From: Marsupella aquatica
Lineage: Eukaryota > Plantae > Marchantiophyta
NCBI GenBank assembly: GCA_973895155.1
Contig: OZ316895.1
Location: forward strand, 23,954,281 to 24,018,280
DNA: 64,000 nucleotides
Direction: 5' to 3'
Shown here: positions 13,079 to 25,176 of the stretch, piece after piece
Layout of the letters: every line of letters starts with the position of its first letter
Position numbering within the stretch: position 1 is the stretch's first letter
Notes under the pieces: generated by a model
Databases searched by the model: none
What the model saw: the letters and a program-made list of their open reading frames with translations, nothing else
Told to the model about the DNA's origin: nothing
Position numbers and translations under genes: made by a program

Positions 13079-16000
13079 CCGTCGACCAGATCTCTGACTC
13101 CCGGCAACCAGGCAGGCTGAACGCTAGGGGAAGCTGCAGGGAGGGAGGCAGTACTTGAATTCGATGATCCATCTACAGTCCTTGTCTCATTGCTGGCTTA
13201 TTGTACCGTCTACCCTTGTCTAAAGCGCAGGCTCTCAGAAGACTCCAGGAGCCTGCATTCTTGCACTGTGCATAAGTGCAAGGGAAGTCCTATATGCACT
13301 TTTTCATAGTTATCTACACAATCCCAATAATTGCACAGTTCCCCATGTGCTGTCAGGTAACACACATGGGATTCCTCATACCCCAGCCCTCTTAGTGCAT
13401 GATTCAATCAGATAATTGCATGATTTGTTCAATGTAATTGTAACCTGCACTTATCAATACGTGCTTCTAATATATGCTCGAAAATGAATGTGTACCTCTT
13501 ATAAACTGAAATGCAATCATGTGTTTGTTGTGTTAATGATGGTAGAGATGTAGGGCTGGGTGCATTTGTGAAGAAAACCACTGTAATCATGTGGGACTCA
13601 TGATCGTCTTTCACATGGAATGCACTTCTTCACAATGACGGTAAATTGAAAGAAACCTCTCACCCTCTCTCGGTCAGAGACTCAGAGATATCTTGCCCGG
13701 CTCTCGAGAAAACAAAACAACAGCGCGTCTCTCGCATCGACCTCATCTTCGCCATACCATTGGCTAAGCAGGAGCTGCTCTGTAGCTTTGCTTGGAGATC
13801 GATCAATGATCTGAATACCTGCTCCATCAGATTAGGTCCTTGGTTAATGAAAATCGAATGGCGAGTATGTACGAGGACAGACAGATTAGAGCCTTGGAGG
13901 CAGGGGTCTGAAGCAGCACGCTGTTCACTGTAGATACGTTGAATTATATAGGTCACACTGTAACACACGACGACAGGCCAGGTTTGACCGACTTAGCAAG
14001 GTCTGGAAGGAATCATGGAACACATTTTGACGAATAGTCCGCTCTCAAAGAATCCTTTTTAGAATTCGGTGCAGTACTTAAGTCAAGAATCCATGGAAGT
14101 GAGTACGTTGCTTCGTCTAAGTACATTACGCAACGACCGATTCGAAGTGAGAAGAGTACTAGACTGCCAGGCTTCACAAACTCTTCAGTATATTCTCATT
14201 TACAGGAGTAAACCAGAACTCAAGTGATCGAGCCCCTGGGATTACAATTTTATAACATTGCCAATGCTAAGAACTTTGATTGAGGCATTTCTTTATATCA
14301 CTTATCAGGCCGACCGAGTCCTTTGGGATTTGAACTTCAAGTACCAATGTTCATATCGATAGTTCAGCTGGAGACTACGGTCAGTGACTCATTTACATGC
14401 CTCACAGAATCCACGAAGGTTGTACTTTTGAATAGATAAAACAAAATCGTCTCAATGATGTGTACAATCCAGAACAACCATCTGATGAGACGCACGAAGG
14501 TTTGCGATTTGGGATGTAATCAAGCGAGCCAATCAGATCGGAAAGTTTACTTGGGGGGCCATAACGTTAATCATTTTGTCAGATTTTCGGGAGAAATATC
14601 CTTTATCTACATTTGGATTGGATTGAGGTCATCACGGCTAATTACTTTCCGAGCTCTCCACCAAATTAAGTGCGAAAGATACTTCTAAAAAGTACTGCGT
14701 CGGATCGATTCGACAAGAGCTCATATGACAGGAAGGGATTGACGCAGTTGAGCAAGATTCAATCAAGCCAAATATGGCTTTGACCACATGACCATGATTG
14801 AACGTGTATTTCACGTCAGACTATGGTGACCAACGGGCCTAGCTAGAGCTGGAATAAAATGCTGTAATACGAGCCTATTTGAGGGCAGGATTCTCTCTCC
14901 TCCAATCGCAGTGGACCTCTTTGCTTTTGGCCCTGCTCAGGTCTTCAGTTCTCTCTTGCGTGGTTGGTTACAATGTGGCCGTAAGCGGTTGTTGCCGTGC
15001 TGTAAAGTTCTCCACTTCGTTTTTGCAATTCGAAAGTGTGGAACTGTTGGAATAAAGCCGCGACACAAACCTTCTGTCAATTAGTAACGACCGCTAAGAA
15101 CAGACTAAGCAATACCGTAAGCAAATCCAGAGTGATCTGGCTATTGGCGGGTACGTCGGTGGTAGGATCGACGTGTTCGATGTCTCGATAGCGAGCTACA
15201 GTAGTGCTGCTAAGTACTGGCATAACTAAATTGTTAGCTCAGATAGCTTCACCCAGCGCTTTTAATGAGTTCAGCTGCAGTAGCTAGCCGAGTGCAGCTG
15301 TCTAGACACCCAACCCAAGATCAGATGGTGCTATCTATAACGTTGCATTCATCATATCTACGGACCAAGGGATGAAGGCAAGTGATGCTATTACACACAG
15401 ACAAGACCTAGCGTTTAGACTGTAAATAGCACAGCTAGATCTACTGCACTCATTAATCACTTCAGGTCAGTGTAACTTCTATGTAGCACAGTAGCTCGGT
15501 GTTTGCTCTGTACTCTGTAGATTATTAGTACTGTACATCATTTTAGTGCAAAATCTTGGGATGATTTCCGTGGAATTAGGGACGGAAAGGAGCCACCAGG
15601 CAGCCATGCATCAGCAGACAAAGTGCTTCAGAAGGAAAAGGCAATTGTCCTGTGGATTTCTTTTACTTTCTTAAAGTCTATCGTTCTACCAAAAAAAGGA
15701 GAAAGTTTTAGAGAGGACAAATTTACTAAAAAGGAGCAAACAAGGTACAACGAGCAAAAGCAAGGAGGTTCAAAGAGGACAAACACCAAACTCAATAAAG
15801 CATTCTCAGTTCTCAAATTGGACTGTTAGTTAGCATCATTCTCACTGCGAATGACCGGTCGTGAATGCCTACAATTTTCTGGAGCTTTTGTTTGTCTGCA
15901 GTCTTCGTGACCGCGGTACAGTCATCGAAAAAGTAGGTCCCGGATCGATCCGGAAAGGTGGGATTAGATCCGGCGTGGGCCATCTAGGGTGACGTTGGAC

Positions 16001-19000
16001 GCCAATACCGGTATTAAGTACCCCAACTTAATAAATGTGCACTTCGAGAGTCTCCCAACTTGTTTGTGACATTTGCGTAATCAGGTTTTCACCTTTTGAA
16101 GAGTTCCTTCCCTCTCAGGCGGGCACTTTCTGCGCAAGTGCAGAATCAGACAGGAGACCACTGAATAAGAACGAATCAGGGTGACCAGTGAATGAGAATA
16201 TACAGGAGTCTAAACCGTGAGCTGAGATGCATGCTTAAAATTTAGTGGGAATCCAAGTTTGCAGTACTTGGTGAGCTTGTACGCCCCGTAGACTTCAGAT
16301 TTGTTTTCGAGACGATGCCCAGACTTTTATAGCATTTCAGCATTTCTCTACAGCTCGATCTCTCCATGGTGCCTACTCTTGGAGATGTCTACTGTAGTAC
16401 TCCCCTCGGCTGCCAATCTAACGTTTCTGGGCTGACTCCGAATTTTACAATTGATAGACCCGGACAGAATTAACGCGTGTAGGAGCTCATGTCCCGTCCT
16501 TTGTCAAGTTCGGTTTGGCATTTTCTTTATGTTATTATGATGGCAAATCGGACACATCTGCTTTGAATGGAGGAGTCGTTTTGTAAACATTGTAATTCCA
16601 AAAGAGAAATTCCTTTTTGACCAGAAAAACCCATACTTAGGGGGCGTAAATATCGATGAAGGGAAAACAATGCCACAACGAAACAATTGGGGGGGGGGGG
16701 GGGAGGCAGAAGACTAAGCACAACCTGCGAAACGTGAACCAACAATTTCACGTGCAAGGATATGGGGCTGGCAAAAATTGTCCTTAATAAAAATATGTAT
16801 ATTATCAAGAGCTTACGAAGTATTTTATAAAGTAACGTCCGCCGAGCTGCATTTTCTAACTTCATGGATTAATTTAATTTTGGAAGTCCAAGAAACGAAG
16901 CCCCACGCATTTTCCCAGGAGCCTAGAAAGTAGGGTCAACCCTAGCCTTCTGAACATACAGAATGCACTTAGCCACCATCGGCATGCGGGGATTGATATG
17001 AGTAGTTCTCTTCTTGGGCCCGTTCTTGGGTCGTTACGTAAACCTCTACCTCGTTTTCAATTTTTTTACATGCTTTTTGGTTCCTCTTGGTTATCCACAT
17101 GGTGCGATATTTTGCCTTAGTTTAAGGTCAGCCGGGAGAAATCACTTTCTAATCACCCCTGAAAACCAAGTTAATAACGCTGCTCCAGGATGCAGAGTGG
17201 AGAAAACCAAAAGTTCAGCGTCCTTCCTTGGAAAGAAGATCCAGACCAGGGCCCATGCCATGCATTAGGATCTATCCCACCAGCTCGGATAGGGGATCGA
17301 CCAACCGTTCATTCTCAGCTTTTTGTTTCTAGAGTAGGCTCTACCCATCGATGGCCAGTCTTACTTACGTAGTATGTGATTGCATCTACCAGTATCTACG
17401 CTACGGACAGCTGAGTGATGATTGAGGTCTATCTACGGTACGCCCAGCTAAAGCAGCTGTGTAGAGGTAATAATAATAAGGCCCCACTTTTAGGAGTTTG
17501 TGAGGCGTGATATTCCCAAGATTCAATGCGAACGTTGTCCTTTCTAGAAGACTCGATCGGTCGTCGAGCCGGGAGGGCATCGAGCTTCCAAATTGGAACT
17601 GTAGCACCCACAAACATAATTCTCAGGTTTTGGTCTGGTGATCTGGTCTGGTCTGGTCTGGTCTGGTCCTGTCCCTCAATCAAGGCCATAGATCTGCCAC
17701 ACACTTTTCCCTAAAAGTTCCCGAAAAACATAGCCTCACACTTCCCTTCCGTGTTAGTAAAGCTTCCCCCGCCCTCGAGGGCCTCGAGCCCTGAGCCGCT
17801 TGCCTACTGTGCGTAGCTGTTGAATCTACTACTAACTGGACAGGTCAAAACTTCTTTCGGTCTGGACCCTCTCTCCCCCAAAAGAGGTTCTCTCTGGACT
17901 TTTGTAGGACAGGCGTAATGACCTCACACAGCTGAGGTGTTGCCAATTTGAAGCCAGTGCATTCCAAGTCTTCTTTCCCTTCCTCAGATTTTTACAGCCC
18001 CTCTGTGCTTAGCCAGTCATTCTTATGGAAGTGGTGATGTGAGGACCCAGCAATCATAAATGCATAAATAAGGGGTTTTTGTAACTGCACATCAAAATAT
18101 GACATAGACATATACAGCACACCACATCTTTCCATACCATGATAACTGTGTTATTTTTTTAGATCAATGATTGCACACCATATTATATCACATTTTGATG
18201 TGTGATTAAGGGCAGGGATAAACAAGTGCCCGAGTTTGTAATAATCTCAAAAGGGGCTGTCACAATAAAGCCCGATGGCAGGATGGTGCTTGGAAGGCTG
18301 CTTTCCCTTGGGAAATTAGTCCTCATGCAAGGGTTTCAGGGTTTTGGAGCCTGACTCATCTTTTTCTTATGTTGGTAGCTGAAAATCTGCACAAGGCATT
18401 CACACCCCAAATAACTGCACTGCAAAGTACAAACAAAAAATCAGGGAGGGCTCTAAGGTATCTGTTTATAATAGGTTGAGGACTAAACAGTCTAGGATAT
18501 GTCCTGGTGAGAGTTGTGGTTAGGGGATTACAGTCTCATGTTCTTGTCCATCCAACAAATGGGTGTTTGAGTTTGAGGATATTCGGGTGGCCATAACAGG
18601 TGGCCCCAAGAGGTGTCAAGCGAAGGCAGCCCAGCCATCTTATAATACTAACACGTGACCTCCAGGAGTAGATTGAAGAAGAAGTGCACTTTCATCTGGA
18701 AAATAGGGGGTAGAAGAAATCTACAGTAGGTAACCTGGATGGGACGCCTACAGTAGATATAGCATTCCTAGCAATCATTGAGAGCTTAAGGCCATCTCTA
18801 GCAGTGGCCTGTATTCCCCCACGGTTACCATAAATCGTGGTATTGGATACACACAAATATCACTTTGCCCATGATTATACTGTCCCACCAGTGGAGATGC
18901 CCGCGCCTAAAATTAAAATAAAGGTCTGAAGAAAACAGATCGGAACTCTTGTTTCTTCAATGTCAAAAATCCTGTTCGATATTCTATTCAATCAGAAAAA

Positions 19001-21556
19001 GAAAATCATGGGCTCAAGAGAGACGCATGACCAAACTAGCAGTATTTAAATTCAGCATAAGGTTCACAATAAGCTCAACCACATACAGGTGTAGATGGCA
19101 AGCGGGGAAATATATTTCGCACGTCAAAATTCTTGGAACTTTTCAGCGAAAGATAATGATAGCAGTAGGGAATCTGCATCAACAATAGCTGAGATTGATT
19201 ATTGGAGCAGATCTCAGACAATCACACATCTGTGCTGATTCTAGCTACAGGGGCAGCACGCTCTATCTACCGCCCAAGGAAGCTTGGGTCGGATTGAATC
19301 ATTGAAAGTAAGAGACAATGAACGGTAGGTCGGAGGATCTAAACAATCGTCTAATATCGCCTAAATAGTCGGACTAGAGCAAATGATTATTGAGCGAGGG
19401 AAAATGAACGGCAGGAGGATGCCTACAGTAGACGACTAACGTCAATGCTCGTGGAGTCATTATTTACTCCACACACGAGAGGGGTGCTAGCAGTGGACTT
19501 GCTTGCTTGGGAGAAAAGCTCAGGTTTGGTTCTGCATAATTATATGATCTCCCTGCTATGTTTTGTCATTAGTGAAAGAAAATTGACTGAATGACAAAAT
19601 ATAGAAGGGAATCTAGCAGATAAAGTTCCGACCGATTATTGGAGATGATCTCATAATCACGCACGGTACTAGGAGGCTGTCCTAGTGGCATCCTTGGGGA
19701 GCTGCTTGCTGCATGCAACAGTACATCGAGATGAGGGAGTGTGGCCAGTGGACAGCATTGAGCAGCATTGTACATCCAATTCAGTACAAATGTTGCTGAT
19801 GAAGCATATACCACGACAAGCTGCTGCCTCCAACGAACAATATTCGATATGATTGGGAGCTAGCAGCGGCGAGAATTTCACCAGACCAGAGTGATCGTTG
19901 GATGAGACTGTCAGAACAGTGGTTTGCAACAAGCCAGGGAAGAAGAATGAGAAGTGAACGGACGAATTCATTTTGCAATGTTGGGACCACAGGGGTAGCC
20001 AAACCTCGTTGGCACTGTAGCTCGCTAAAGTAATAATTCCAAGGAACATATCGATCAACAGATGACTGGCCTGATGAATGGCTGGTGGTACTGTAGAGTG
20101 AAATTGAAGCTCCTCCATCAATCCATAACTCTTTTACCGTAGCAGAGCCCTCGTCCACGGAACTACCGGTAGTAAGAAGACAAGCGCTTTGTTGACAGTG
20201 GCGTTGGTAGTACTTGCTGTAAGGTACTAGCTTACTAATACGCAAGAATGCACTCCAGTCGTCAATCGGTCAATGGTTAGCTAGCCTGGAGCGCCTTCCA
20301 GTCTTCCGGTCGTCCCCTCGTGCGGATGGAAAGGACAGTAAATTCAATGCAATTAATCGGCATCACCAGCACCGCCTGTTATTATCTTATTGCGCTTTTA
20401 CAGTTTTACCAGTGTCGGCTCCTGCCGGCATCGAGAGTGGAGAAAAGCCATCGTCATCACAGCCATCATAATTCTATCATCCTAGCTCCGTCATCCATTC
20501 TCTTGCAAGCCATCTCAAAACACCTGTTTTTTTTATAGTTTGACCGTCATTGATCCCATTATTGCATACATCACGAAACATTTTTTCTCTCGTTGCATCT
20601 CTAGGGCACCGTCCCCTCGAGACCCCCCTCCCTCTTTCCAAAATCGAGGCTCTCCGTGGCCCCATTTCATCAGCCTTGGACAGCGCCCGTTCTGCAGTAT
20701 TGTAGAAGCTGAGGAGCGGCGCAGCGAGAGGGAGAGATCGAACTTCGCAATACGCTATTGGTACAATTTTGGCGAAATTGATCCGACGAAAACCTCTGGG
20801 AAGGAGACAAATATAAAACATAAACAAAACAATTCACCAACTTCAGAAGGAGGCATCTAGCTAGCATAGTCCAACCGAGTAGCATGCAAGTATCGAGCCC
20901 AGGCCTTCGTCCGTCTCATGAATGAGCGGTGCAGGAGGAATCCGCTCATTCATGCATGTATAGCAGCAGCTCCGAGGATAGGTGATAGGCAGGAATAACA
21001 AATAGGAATATAATGATCCTCAAATTCTTCTTCGAGTGGTAGCATATGATTGATCATGGCATGCAGCACCACTGTAGGTACTATACTAAAAACAAAGAGG
21101 AGACCTCGTGCAGCTTACTTCATTGTCAGACTCACGAGGACGCAGTTGTGGTAGTTGTAGTAGTACTTAGCTGAGTACGATAATTCATTGAACACTGCCG
21201 ACCTACATATATTGCGGGTTTTGAGACTCCTAGCCAGGTCTGCAATCTCTATCACTCTCAAGAGTAAAATAATTAATTTGCTCCGCAGCTCTATATAGTG
21301 ATCGAGTTTTACCTGGACCGAAATTAATATACTCCGGACCTCTCTATACTGATCGAGTTTCGTAGATCCTCAGGACCGATTCGATGAGATCCGAACCTGT
21401 CCTGTCCTAGCTCTGCATATACAATACTAAACCGCAAATTGTCTTCGTGGTGAGATGCAGATCAATAGATCCAAAATCAAACAATCAAAAATAGCTCTCC
21501 CCGTAGTTCTCTTGAAACCTCGGGTGGCTGTAGATGCTAGCTGCTTGCTTGAAATC

Positions 21557-24421
21557 TCAAGTGCCCGTATACGTAGAATAGAGAGCTAAAATTCGTCGTC
21601 GCTGCTGGTGCCACCGTTGCAGCCAAACACCACCCTTTAAGGTGATCAAGCTCGACGAGTCTTCGTTGCTATAGCAATCGCTGTCTTTGCTTTCATGAGT
21701 CTGATGAAAACCGGGCTGCTGTGGAACTGGAACGAAACGCCCGGTATCAGACTCTTCCGTATCGTCACTGTCGCACACAGTGCCAGCGGATTTGTGACCA
21801 TTGTTATTATTATTGCTATAATTATTTCTGTGAGTGTTGTTATTGTCTTCGCAAGAGTACACATACACACTGCCGATATCCTGTGAATCGAATCCATTGA
21901 AACTCGATCCCGACGATTTTGTGTAGGCTCCCATTCTCGGGAATACAAGCCAGTCCCCGCAGCACAATTGAGGGAGCCAGATATCGCGCAAGATGGTGTC
22001 CAACGCATCGCACGTTGGTCCGAACACAGTGGATTTATATGTCTCCGTGCATTGCTTGTCCCAGTTCTCGTCACCATCGTCGAATGTGGCCGCCGTCGTC
22101 GATGATGTCGTCACAGCACGCACGGAGAGAGTTGCGTGATCGTAGAGCAGGCAATTCATCGATCCATAGATTCCATCGTTCACCCAGTAGTCGGCCGTTT
22201 TAGCGCCACCCTTGGTACGCATCCGGCTGCCAAAGACGTGGGTGGCAAGAGTGAATGCTTCCTCTGCGAAATAGCGACCCGGCTCGGCAATTACGTCGAC
22301 TGGCATGCTTTTGGGGAAGTGCTTGTCCAGAGCTTCATTAATGGCAGCTGCAGCAGACGCGAATTTCACCCCCGTCCCGCCGGTGGAGACAAAGCCCCCA
22401 CCGATATCCAGCAGCTTCAATGGGGGGAGCCCCACCGCAGCCGCCATATCAAACACCCTCCTCGCAGATGCAATTCCCTCGGCAAAGGCAGCTGCGTGGG
22501 AAGCCCCGCTGCCTACATGAAACGCAACCCCAACGATCTTCAGTCCGTGCGCTTTAGCGGCTCCAAGAAGATGCTCACATTCCTCCAAATCAGCCCCGTA
22601 CTTCAGACCCAGCGGACAGCGCGCCCCGACGTCATCAGCTCGAATGCGCAACACTAGCTCCGCGGTGGGGAGATACTTGCTCAGCTTCAGGAGCTCCATT
22701 TCAGAATCGAAGGTCATTCGTAGCACCCCATGCTCGGCTGCATCGACAATGTGAGACGGTAGCTTACACGGATTGGCAAATATGACTCGATCAGCAGACA
22801 CCCCGAGCTGCCTGACGGCTGCAAGCTCAACTGTACTCGCCACATCAAAGCCGGCCCCTACCTTAGCCAGGAGAGAGAGAAGCGTTGTATCAGGATTGCA
22901 TTTGACAGCATAGAACGGTTTTACACGGGGCATAGCTCGCTCCCAAGCTCGCCACAGTCGGAGTATCAAACCCAGATCCATCACGTAGAAAGGATTTTCT
23001 TTCTCCACCGCCGTAATTGTCGCTCTGATGAATTGGTCCATGTCTGGTGGCGTTGGTCCGATGGCCACTGGATTCACTGCCGAGAACACATCCAGAACAT
23101 TTCTCCCGTGACGAGAGCACATCTCCCATGCATCCCGTGGAAGGTCATTCATGGATTGAACATAATTCTGCTCCCCTGTCGGCTCTGGATGATGACGATG
23201 ATGAGTTTGGGGCAGGATAACTAGACGAGGCTCGGCCCAAAGGTGACGATGATTCTCCCATAAAGCCAAAGGCGTGACCGGAGATGACAACTGAACCGCC
23301 CCGGTCGCAGCAGCTGCTTGGAAACTATGGAACACCAGCACACTTCCACACGACATCTCCCGCCGGGTCGTCCCTTCGCAAACATAACCCAGGGGAGTTA
23401 CAAATGCACCCCACGATCCAGCCGGCTGCACAGAGTTCTTAGATTGGAATACATTGCTCACTTGCACACTAACGGTAAACTTTGCTGGCTCAAAGACACG
23501 AGCAACTCTATCAAGGAGCGTCTGCAAATTCATGTCCTTGGGCCCATACCCCATGAACTCGAAGCTCGCATAGCTGTACCCATCCTCCGGAGTCACATGA
23601 ATGGTGGAATGCGCATTTCCTTCCAAGGCGTTCATCGAATAGCCGCAGGGATTGAACGAGAAGTCACATATTTTCGCACGCGGAATTATTTCGTCAATCC
23701 CTGAAGCCTTGGTCATGTCCCGCCCAGAGAGAGACCCATCCTCGTTGAAGAATTGATGAGCCTTCGTCTTGTCCAGCTCCGTCATGCACACCTCCACAGT
23801 GTACATTGGCTGTTGAACGATCATATCAGAGGCGGTATTGAAGCCTTGGTCGTCGGAGGTTGCTGCTGCTGCCATGTAAATGTGCCAATTGGGGAAGCTC
23901 CCCATGACGTGAGCCTCGCCACCAGAACCTAGATGCCCGAAATAATTTTGTAAGTATTGCACTTCGTCATTAAAGTCCCCGTGAGGATACAGCTGGACGG
24001 ATGGAAACATGAATGAACCGCGAGTGTACTTGCATCCCTTTACTTTGAGGTGCAATTGCAACGAAGCTGCTAGCAAAGGGGCAATGGCCAAGAGGAGCTG
24101 TGTTGTGCCACAGGTTTTCAAGACTATCTTCAGCGGGTAGATGAAGAGGCTAGACTCTGAAAGCACGTAAGAATCACAATAGTCGTTGCTCAGCTCCGAC
24201 ACTATCGTGCACTGCGCAGCTGTTAAGATCATATTTAGCTGGCCCCGAGAGATTGCTCGAAAGCCTCTCCAGTTGAAAGCGCCGGAATCGTCACGGAGAA
24301 AATTGTTGGCATGATCGACAACGAACTCCAGCTCTAACCTCTTCTCAAATCCTTCAAACCCGACACAGGGCTTGCAATTGGTGCCAGTCATGAGCTCGGT
24401 AGGTCCACAAACGACTCCCAT
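21557..24421 (-). CDS. SAMDC-ODC: Bifunctional S-adenosylmethionine decarboxylase / ornithine decarboxylase fusion (AdoMetDC-ODC), 954 aa, intronless
   Basis: N-half (aa ~21-367): GFEGFEKRLE, YVLSE|SSLF (pyruvoyl Ser90), KTCGTT (Cys104), FNPCGYSMN, TIHVTPEDGYSYASFE. C-half (aa ~470-856): PFYAVKCN (PLP Lys507), FANPCK, FHVGSG, DIGGGF, AEPGRYF, LLYDHA, GPTCD (Cys804), MGAYT, FNGF. One open frame with a strong start context (ATAATGG). Confidence 0.96.
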   Translation of the reverse strand: MGVVCGPTELMTGTNCKPCVGFEGFEKRLELEFVVDHANNFLRDDSGAFNWRGFRAISRGQLNMILTAAQCTIVSELSNDYCDSYVLSESSLFIYPLKIVLKTCGTTQLLLAIAPLLAASLQLHLKVKGCKYTRGSFMFPSVQLYPHGDFNDEVQYLQNYFGHLGSGGEAHVMGSFPNWHIYMAAAATSDDQGFNTASDMIVQQPMYTVEVCMTELDKTKAHQFFNEDGSLSGRDMTKASGIDEIIPRAKICDFSFNPCGYSMNALEGNAHSTIHVTPEDGYSYASFEFMGYGPKDMNLQTLLDRVARVFEPAKFTVSVQVSNVFQSKNSVQPAGSWGAFVTPLGYVCEGTTRREMSCGSVLVFHSFQAAAATGAVQLSSPVTPLALWENHRHLWAEPRLVILPQTHHRHHPEPTGEQNYVQSMNDLPRDAWEMCSRHGRNVLDVFSAVNPVAIGPTPPDMDQFIRATITAVEKENPFYVMDLGLILRLWRAWERAMPRVKPFYAVKCNPDTTLLSLLAKVGAGFDVASTVELAAVRQLGVSADRVIFANPCKLPSHIVDAAEHGVLRMTFDSEMELLKLSKYLPTAELVLRIRADDVGARCPLGLKYGADLEECEHLLGAAKAHGLKIVGVAFHVGSGASHAAAFAEGIASARRVFDMAAAVGLPPLKLLDIGGGFVSTGGTGVKFASAAAAINEALDKHFPKSMPVDVIAEPGRYFAEEAFTLATHVFGSRMRTKGGAKTADYWVNDGIYGSMNCLLYDHATLSVRAVTTSSTTAATFDDGDENWDKQCTETYKSTVFGPTCDALDTILRDIWLPQLCCGDWLVFPRMGAYTKSSGSSFNGFDSQDIGSVYVYSCEDNNNTHRNNYSNNNNNGHKSAGTVCDSDDTEESDTGRFVPVPQQPGFHQTHESKDSDCYSNEDSSSLITLKGGVWLQRWHQQRRRILALYSTYTGT

Positions 24422-24653
24422 TATCAGTCACACGAACGATCGAGCGAAAAAATCTATGAAATTCGGATTTTAGCCAGAGATGGCATATACGTACTTCCAC
24501 ACTGGGCCAGCTGACTAGACCGATCTACAAGCTAGCTAGCTAGTTATCCATCGCCGACCAGCCCTTCCGAAACCGAGAAATTTGCTGGCGCGACCTTGCA
24601 CTCCGATTATATATGATTGCATGTAATCGACCGATCAAGAAGCAGTTTGGGAG

Positions 24654-25176
24654 TCAGGATGGCTTTCTCATGCACTGCACGCATAGTTACGATTGAATTA
24701 ATACAAATAAGTAATGAGTGAACGTTCAATCGAACGCATGTCCCAGAGAAGAAATCCTAGCAATTCTATTTCGAGAGGCTCGACATTATGCGTCCACAGA
24801 ACCATGACGATGGAGACCACAACCTATCAAACTGTTTCCAGTGTAGACTCACTGCATTGTGCAAGGTTTGTGCAAGGTTACATTAACAGCCAAACCTTTA
24901 AAAACCACTCACAGCTTCACACTTGCGAGGCTGCCACAAATAGAGAATGGAACGAATTCTCTTGGGAACAAAATTCGAGAAATACTTTAAGAAATTGACA
25001 GATGCAAGCTCACAAACTAGAACGGATGAGGAGAGGACCACACTTACGTTGGAGTATGCAGCAGTGCGGTACTTCTCAACACCTCCGTGCGGCCGCATAT
25101 CCTCGACTACGTAGTCCAGAGACCTTTCGTAAAGCCAGGACGTACGGCTCAGACTAACGCCTTCTTTGCGCTCCAT
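24654..25176 (-). CDS. Conserved-peptide 'small' uORF of the plant AdoMetDC leader, spliced: complement(join(24654..24674,25048..25176)), 49 aa
   Basis: MERKEGVSLSRTSWLYERSLDYVVEDMRPHGGVEKYRTAAYSN|CMRKPS*, with GTAAGT donor at 25047 and GCAG acceptor ending at 24675. Matches the plant AdoMetDC uORF consensus LYEAPLGYSIEDVRPxGGIKKFRSAAYSNCxRKPS. Confidence 0.93.

Noticed and set aside
15940-15953. 14-bp perfect palindrome CCGGATCGATCCGG
   Set aside because: Isolated; palindromes of this length are expected by chance in 64 kb.
21646-23704. Overlapping alternative-frame and antisense ORFs within the fusion gene
   Set aside because: Shadow ORFs expected in GC-rich coding DNA; no motifs.
24898-25176. 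92-aa ORF as listed in the track
   Set aside because: Only the first 43 codons are the uORF; the rest reads into an intron (GTAAGT at 25047). The spliced model restores the conserved CxRKPS end.
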